Positions 58,753 to 64,000 of a stretch of DNA of 64,000 nucleotides are shown here, piece by piece. A program made the position numbers and the translations under genes. The stretch comes from Bdellovibrionales bacterium (lineage in GTDB: Bacteria; Bdellovibrionota; Bdellovibrionia; Bdellovibrionales; UBA1609), in the NCBI GenBank assembly GCA_965203095.1, contig OZ241877.1, positions 1,440,001 through 1,504,000 of the forward strand. Reading direction: 5' to 3'. How positions within the stretch are numbered: position 1 is the stretch's first letter; each line of letters starts with the position of its first letter. Below the pieces are notes generated by a model. It was not told the origin of the DNA and ran no database searches. It saw nothing but the letters and a program-made list of their open reading frames with translations.

Positions 58753-61700
58753 TTATAGGGCACTTTTTAGCCAAAAACTGTAATGAAAAGGAGCTAATGA
58801 GATCTTGTCCTTACTCCGTGAAAGAGGGGAGAGCCTAAGAGCAGAGTTAAAAATAGGGTAATTTACAAATTCAAAAACATATTCTGCAGAAAGGCCCATC
58901 CTAACAAGAGTCTTTTCATTAAAACTCATCTCCCACTCCATCCCTGCAAAAGGGATGAGGAAGGCTCTACTTTTTTTCCCTTCCCTTTGTGTGAACAAAA
59001 AAGATCCGCCAGCTAAAGGTGCCCATCGCCGGATAGAAAAAGGCAGTTTTAAAGGGTAATAGGAGAGATTAAAAGCCTTGAGAAGTTGCGAATCCAATTT
59101 GTATAGATTTTGAAAGTCCTGCTTAAAACTGCTGTAATTTAAAATAGTGCCGTTTTCCATTTTTGAAAGAGGGAACTTAGGGGATCTATCCCACAAGTTT
59201 GTTTTCACTGTCCCGTTGAGAGACAAAAACCATTCCCCCCCCAAGGTTTCCATAATATGGCCCTCAGTTTTCCAGCTCAGGAAGGGCTGGGGACTGAGCT
59301 TTGTCCAAAGGCTGTTGAGGCTAAAGGAGGCCATTCTCTTTTGATAAAAGGAATAGCTATATTTGTATCTTTTTTTATAGCTGTATTTTAAACTGCCTGT
59401 GTGCTGAAAATAGTTTCTCCAGTTGTTGGCTTTGTTGGACAATATATAAAAATATTTACTATCATCATTAAACTGTTTTTGACCTATTTGGAGGCTGTTA
59501 GATAAAGACAAAGCCCAATAATGCCGTAAAATTAAAGGATAATCTAATGATATATTTAAAGCCCGACTTCTATAAAAAAGGAAGTTCTTTTTTTTCTGAT
59601 CTTTTAAAGGCGATGAGTAAAACATATCCTCTTCTGTCAAAAAGCCAATATCTTTAAAGGTCTGAATGCGGTAGGTGTCACTTTTTTTTAAAAAATTCAG
59701 TTTCTCTTCACTATAAATAAAGGAGAGCGATAAAATGGGTCGGTATTTTTTATAGCTGTAGGATAATCCCATCCGTTTTTGTTTTGAGCCGAAGAGGCTA
59801 AAAAGACTCAGCTCACTCCATCGCAGGGGATCTGTCCATTGAAAGGTCCCGGCAAAATGAGGTGCTAAGGGGCTTATCACATCGGTATAGGCTGATAAAA
59901 ACATGTTTTTTAATTGGAGGTTGGATAGTGAATTATAATTTTGTGTTGGTTTTTTTATTAGAGGATTTTTAAGTTTTGTGCTTTTATCTTTAGGCCAACC
60001 CTTTTCTTCTAACTCCAGTAAACGGGATAGCTCGTCTGGAGCTTCTTCCACCAATGAATGAGAGAGGTTTGAAAGAGCCAGCTCCTCCTCATTCGGAGTC
60101 TCTTCCGCTAATGAGATAGGGGGGGTGGGAAGGGCCAGTTTCTCTGTGTCAGCAAATGTATCCTCACAGAGGATATTTTTTTTAAAAGAATAGCTGTAAG
60201 AGACCGGCATTTCAGGAACTTCTTGAGTGGAAATGATTTTATACGCATAGTGATCAGGGCGAATCTCTGAAATTAAAAACTCATTCCCTTTGATTTTTCT
60301 GGCTGAATTGATGGTGTCAGACAAACTCAGGCGGAAGATTCCCTCCGACTCCCTAAAAACAAAAAGGCTGGATCCGTATTTTGTGGCCCCTATAAAATAA
60401 AGGCCCCCTTCATCCGCTTCCACTGGATAGCTGTAATGGGTTTTAAGGCTGAGCAGAGGTTTTTTATCCCTATAGAGGGTTCTGATATCTTTTTCCTGCT
60501 TAAAGTAATAGGCTCGGCCCTCATGATCCATCACTGCGGAGGAATGGCTGTTATCAAAAAAAACATTGTTTATATAAAGAGAGTTTTGAGTGAGGCTTTG
60601 CCTACTATCTAAGGCGATAAACTTGTTTTTATGAAAATCCATTACATATTGGGAGTTGTATTTTTTCACCGGTTGAAAGCCCTCTTTAAAAAGGGAGTAT
60701 TCAATGGATGTAGAGCTTATTCTCTGTTTGCCAGCAGAATAATATTGGCCTTGTTTGTAAAAAATTTTACCCAAGGGGAGTGCGACTTTTCTTTTCCTGA
60801 TTTTTCTTGTCTCTTTGTCAAAAACAATCAGTTGAGGGGGGGACTTCATGTCTGAAATCAAAAAGTGAATTTGTTTTTTGTCACTATTTATAGGTTCAGA
60901 GATTTTACTTTTTAAAATGGCTTTTTCCGGAGAGGATTTTTGCTGTTGAGCTAAGGGGTAATAATAAGCCTTGTATTGGGCAAATAAAGTTTCTAAACTT
61001 TGTTTGAAAGTTCTTTTAAGTGCCTCATTCAGGCCGTAAAAACCAATGGGCAAATACTTCCCACTTTTGGCAAAAAGCGGGCCTCTCGGCTGTAGTTGAT
61101 TTTGAGAGAGCAAATAGGCGAAAAAATACCCACCATGCAAATACTTTTCCCGGATAGAAAAGGGATCATTATAAGGCTTTAACAATCTTTTTAAAGAGAT
61201 CCCCTGTTGGATTTGTGACAATACAAAAGCTCTCACCCAGCCACTAAACAGCCTTCCTCCAGAGCCATAGATGGACTCGTTTAAGATGGCACTCCCTTCT
61301 AATATCCAGGAGCTGAGCAAAATGTTTCGATAAGATAAAGGCCCAAGGATACTCCAAAGCCGACGATCCAGCTGAGAGTTTTGAGCAAACTGATAAATAT
61401 GAGTCATTTCATGGATTAAAGCCAGCTGAGGCCAATGGAAAATAGACAAATTATCCATAAAATGGACAGATAGGGAGGGGTGTATTTTTATAAAAGTCAG
61501 TGGATGAATTTGAGCTGAGGCAAAAGGGACCTGCCATCGTGAAGAGGGGAAAAACACAGAATTTTTTCTAAAATAAGGATGAGAGGGGAAGACATCCCTT
61601 AACTCCGAGTCAATTTGATGGGCACATTCTGATAGTTTTCCGGCAAAGCTTTCAAAATTTTTACTGTAAATCAGATCTAAATTCTCAAAAACAGGAATTT

Positions 61701-61899
61701 TGCGGTAATCCGAATCTTTTTTAAAAGGCCCTAAACTCTCTATAGGGGAAAAATCAGCTTTTTTGTGCAGATCCTCTCTATCAGGCCCCTCTTCAGCTCC
61801 GGCGAATAGGGATAAAATAAGAATCGAAATGCAACACAAAATAATGCCAAAAGGCTTTTTGTTTTTTTCATTAGGTTGTTTTTTTATAGGAGGGCACAT
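58753..61899 (-). CDS. Large secreted protein: HExxH metallopeptidase-like N-domain + beta-rich region + probable outer-membrane barrel
   Basis: Hydrophobic signal, IHEMTH...WILEGSA, Y..G..F; aromatic beta-strand-rich C-terminus. Confidence 0.7.
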   Translation of the reverse strand: MCPPIKKQPNEKNKKPFGIILCCISILILSLFAGAEEGPDREDLHKKADFSPIESLGPFKKDSDYRKIPVFENLDLIYSKNFESFAGKLSECAHQIDSELRDVFPSHPYFRKNSVFFPSSRWQVPFASAQIHPLTFIKIHPSLSVHFMDNLSIFHWPQLALIHEMTHIYQFAQNSQLDRRLWSILGPLSYRNILLSSWILEGSAILNESIYGSGGRLFSGWVRAFVLSQIQQGISLKRLLKPYNDPFSIREKYLHGGYFFAYLLSQNQLQPRGPLFAKSGKYLPIGFYGLNEALKRTFKQSLETLFAQYKAYYYPLAQQQKSSPEKAILKSKISEPINSDKKQIHFLISDMKSPPQLIVFDKETRKIRKRKVALPLGKIFYKQGQYYSAGKQRISSTSIEYSLFKEGFQPVKKYNSQYVMDFHKNKFIALDSRQSLTQNSLYINNVFFDNSHSSAVMDHEGRAYYFKQEKDIRTLYRDKKPLLSLKTHYSYPVEADEGGLYFIGATKYGSSLFVFRESEGIFRLSLSDTINSARKIKGNEFLISEIRPDHYAYKIISTQEVPEMPVSYSYSFKKNILCEDTFADTEKLALPTPPISLAEETPNEEELALSNLSHSLVEEAPDELSRLLELEEKGWPKDKSTKLKNPLIKKPTQNYNSLSNLQLKNMFLSAYTDVISPLAPHFAGTFQWTDPLRWSELSLFSLFGSKQKRMGLSYSYKKYRPILSLSFIYSEEKLNFLKKSDTYRIQTFKDIGFLTEEDMFYSSPLKDQKKKNFLFYRSRALNISLDYPLILRHYWALSLSNSLQIGQKQFNDDSKYFYILSNKANNWRNYFQHTGSLKYSYKKRYKYSYSFYQKRMASFSLNSLWTKLSPQPFLSWKTEGHIMETLGGEWFLSLNGTVKTNLWDRSPKFPLSKMENGTILNYSSFKQDFQNLYKLDSQLLKAFNLSYYPLKLPFSIRRWAPLAGGSFLFTQREGKKSRAFLIPFAGMEWEMSFNEKTLVRMGLSAEYVFEFVNYPIFNSALRLSPLSRSKDKISLAPFHYSFWLKSAL

Positions 61900-61971
61900 A
61901 CAAGCCTTATTATTTTCAAAAAATCACCTGCCCAGCAATAAAGAGCACATTGCTTTTTAAGCCATATTTTG

Positions 61972-63291
61972 TTATCGGGGATGGTTTTTTATATAGCCTG
62001 AAATATCTACCCCTTCTTTTTTAGATAGATAAAGTGCCGCTATGGAATCTCCCGTCACATTAACCACTGTTCGCCCCATATCTAAAAGGCGGTCCACACC
62101 CAAAATAAGGGCAATGCCCTCTGCCGGAAGGCCCAATATTACAATAGAGGACATTAAAACAGGGATAGATCCTCCGGGCACCCCAGCGATGCCTACAGAG
62201 GTAATAAACACAATAGCCACAAGCAAAATTAGTTGTGTGACGGAAAGGGGAACTCCCCATATTTGTGCTATAAACAAGGCGGCGGCCACTTCAAAAAGGG
62301 CTGTCCCGTCCATATTGACCACAGTGCCAATAGGTATGGAAAAGCTCACAACCTTTCGTGGGGCACCAAAGTTTTGCTCTAAAGTTCTCATCGTCACGGG
62401 CATTGTGGCACTACTGGAGCTTGTTCCAAAAGCTGTTGTGAAAACAGCCCCCAGTCTTAAGAAAAATTCTTTAATGGGAATTTTAACAAGAAATTTCAAA
62501 AACAGGCTGTAAGTTCCAAAAAGATGGCAGGCCATGGCCACAGTGATGGCCAACACATATTTTCCCAGACTATATATTAGATCTAAACCCATTTCAGAAA
62601 AGGCAATGGCGATAAGGGCCGCTACGGCAAAAGGGGCGGTTTTCATAATCCATTTGATAATGAGAATAGACATGCCGGACAGGGCCGACATAAAATGGGT
62701 GAAAGATTCTTTTGGAGGGCCATTCGGCAGGCAGAGCAGGCTGAAACCAAACAAAAGGGAGACAAAAATTACAGCCAGCATATTGTTTTCGCCAAACTGA
62801 TTGATAATGTTTCGAGGGACAATTTTAGTTAAAATCCCCGGCCAAAGTGAAGAGCCTACCATGGAGCTTTTCTCCTTTATAGAGGACATCTTTTCCTGCA
62901 TACTGATAGCCGCCTGATCGGCTTTGGTTTTAGGGATGCTATTGCCGGGGCGAATAGTGGACATAAAAATCTGCCCAATAAAAATAGCAATCAAAGTGCT
63001 AAAAGCGTAAAATAAAAACAACCTCTTGCTCAGCCTCCCGACACTGGCGGGATTACTCATATCGGCCACCCCCACTATTAAAGAGCTGAAAACTAAGGGC
63101 ACAATGATCATAAACAGGGATTGCAAAAAGAGATTTCCAAAAGGGAAAAAGAGATTATCTGTGATCTGTTCCACAATGGGGCTGTATTGGGGGTAGGCTT
63201 TCAGGTAATTGAAGGCCAAACCTATCAAAACACCTACAAAAAAACCAATAAAAATACCCCAGCTATTGATAGTTTTTGAGGATTTTGTCAT
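61972..63291 (-). CDS. Dicarboxylate/amino acid:cation symporter (DAACS, GltP-like)
   Basis: TAFGTSSSSATMP, NMDGTA, S.G.AGVPG, DRLLDMGRTVVNVTGD. Confidence 0.95.
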   Translation of the reverse strand: MTKSSKTINSWGIFIGFFVGVLIGLAFNYLKAYPQYSPIVEQITDNLFFPFGNLFLQSLFMIIVPLVFSSLIVGVADMSNPASVGRLSKRLFLFYAFSTLIAIFIGQIFMSTIRPGNSIPKTKADQAAISMQEKMSSIKEKSSMVGSSLWPGILTKIVPRNIINQFGENNMLAVIFVSLLFGFSLLCLPNGPPKESFTHFMSALSGMSILIIKWIMKTAPFAVAALIAIAFSEMGLDLIYSLGKYVLAITVAMACHLFGTYSLFLKFLVKIPIKEFFLRLGAVFTTAFGTSSSSATMPVTMRTLEQNFGAPRKVVSFSIPIGTVVNMDGTALFEVAAALFIAQIWGVPLSVTQLILLVAIVFITSVGIAGVPGGSIPVLMSSIVILGLPAEGIALILGVDRLLDMGRTVVNVTGDSIAALYLSKKEGVDISGYIKNHPR

Positions 63292-63598
63292 AACCAGCCT
63301 CCTTATATTTGCTCAATGTAGGTATTCTGCCCTCAGTAGGCAAGTAAAAAGTGGAGACAAGGGATTATGTAAATTAAAAAACAGCCGATAAGCCAGTTTT
63401 TTTGTGAGATAGTGCCCATTTTTAGCGATTTTTAAAGCTTCTGAACAGGCTCAAAGCCTTATTTTTAAAGCTTTTTTAAGCTTTATCCTCTTTTTTATGA
63501 AATTTTTGGCATAAATTTGACAAATTGGCTTTAAGTCCTGTATATTTTCTCTGTTTTTTTATTTAATAGGCTTTTAGCCTCAAAAACAAGGAGTAAAA

Positions 63599-64000
63599 AT
63601 GAGCGATCCTTTAATTGAAAAACCTTCATCAGGACCTATCTCATCTATTTTGCCTCCAGCGGGGAAGTATGAGTCTGTGATGGAAGAAGAGGACATGATT
63701 CATCTCAACAATATGAAAAACATATTGGATGTGGAGGAGACTCAGCACCCAGAGTTTTCTCTGGCTAAAAACAAAGCTCGGTTTAAAAAAAAGTTGGGTT
63801 GGTATAAGAGCAAAAAAGATTGGTTAGATATTGCCCCTGTTCAAAAAATCAACAAGCTTTTCAAGCAACAGACTCGTGAATTGGAAGCGATACGATCCAA
63901 CAAAATGGATTATGAAATGGAGTTGGAAACGGCCTCTTTAACCCCCAGCCAGAGATCTTATAGAAAAGACGAGCTAAAAATGTGCCGGGCCCATGAAAAG
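63599..64000 (+). CDS. Hypothetical protein, 3'-truncated by the window edge (absent from the ORF track)
   Basis: AAGGAG SD, ATG 63599, open to the end (MSDPLIEKPSSG...); TTGACA-18-TATATT at 63517-63546. Confidence 0.7.
   Translation, partial: MSDPLIEKPSSGPISSILPPAGKYESVMEEEDMIHLNNMKNILDVEETQHPEFSLAKNKARFKKKLGWYKSKKDWLDIAPVQKINKLFKQQTRELEAIRSNKMDYEMELETASLTPSQRSYRKDELKMCRAHEK

Overview
AT-rich bacterial chromosome segment, most consistent with a Bdellovibrionota-like organism (inferred from gene content; not verified by search). Housekeeping content: glmU (5'-truncated by the window) and glmS, dppB/C-type permeases, lon, der, a minus-strand S10-spc-alpha ribosomal superoperon, pdxJ, ald, ruvB, tRNA-Met, tRNA-His, orn, a PP2C phosphatase, an M23 peptidase, pilD, fbaB, lysS, trmL, a matrixin, a CopA-like multicopper oxidase and a DAACS symporter. 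Unusual points seen directly in the sequence: (1) RpoA has a ~180-aa acidic tail of DSGDDSPK repeats, and L3 has a ~215-aa basic N-terminal extension of 16-aa repeats. (2) rplX, rpsN, rpmD, rpsD and infA are absent from their usual operon slots. (3) An accessory island at ~28.0-31.9 kb contains an Rpn nuclease with an internal Shine-Dalgarno+ATG (candidate intragenic antitoxin), paralogous small secreted hydrophobic peptides with conserved flanks, MITEs and a truncated adenine methylase. (4) Two sibling candidate sRNA genes share promoter, hairpin, U-rich linker and terminator architecture. (5) A modular family of interspersed palindromic repeats is present, with one copy translated in the adk C-terminus. 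(6) A giant J-domain protein carries a predicted signal peptide. No CRISPR array, rRNA, integrase or intact DDE transposase was seen.
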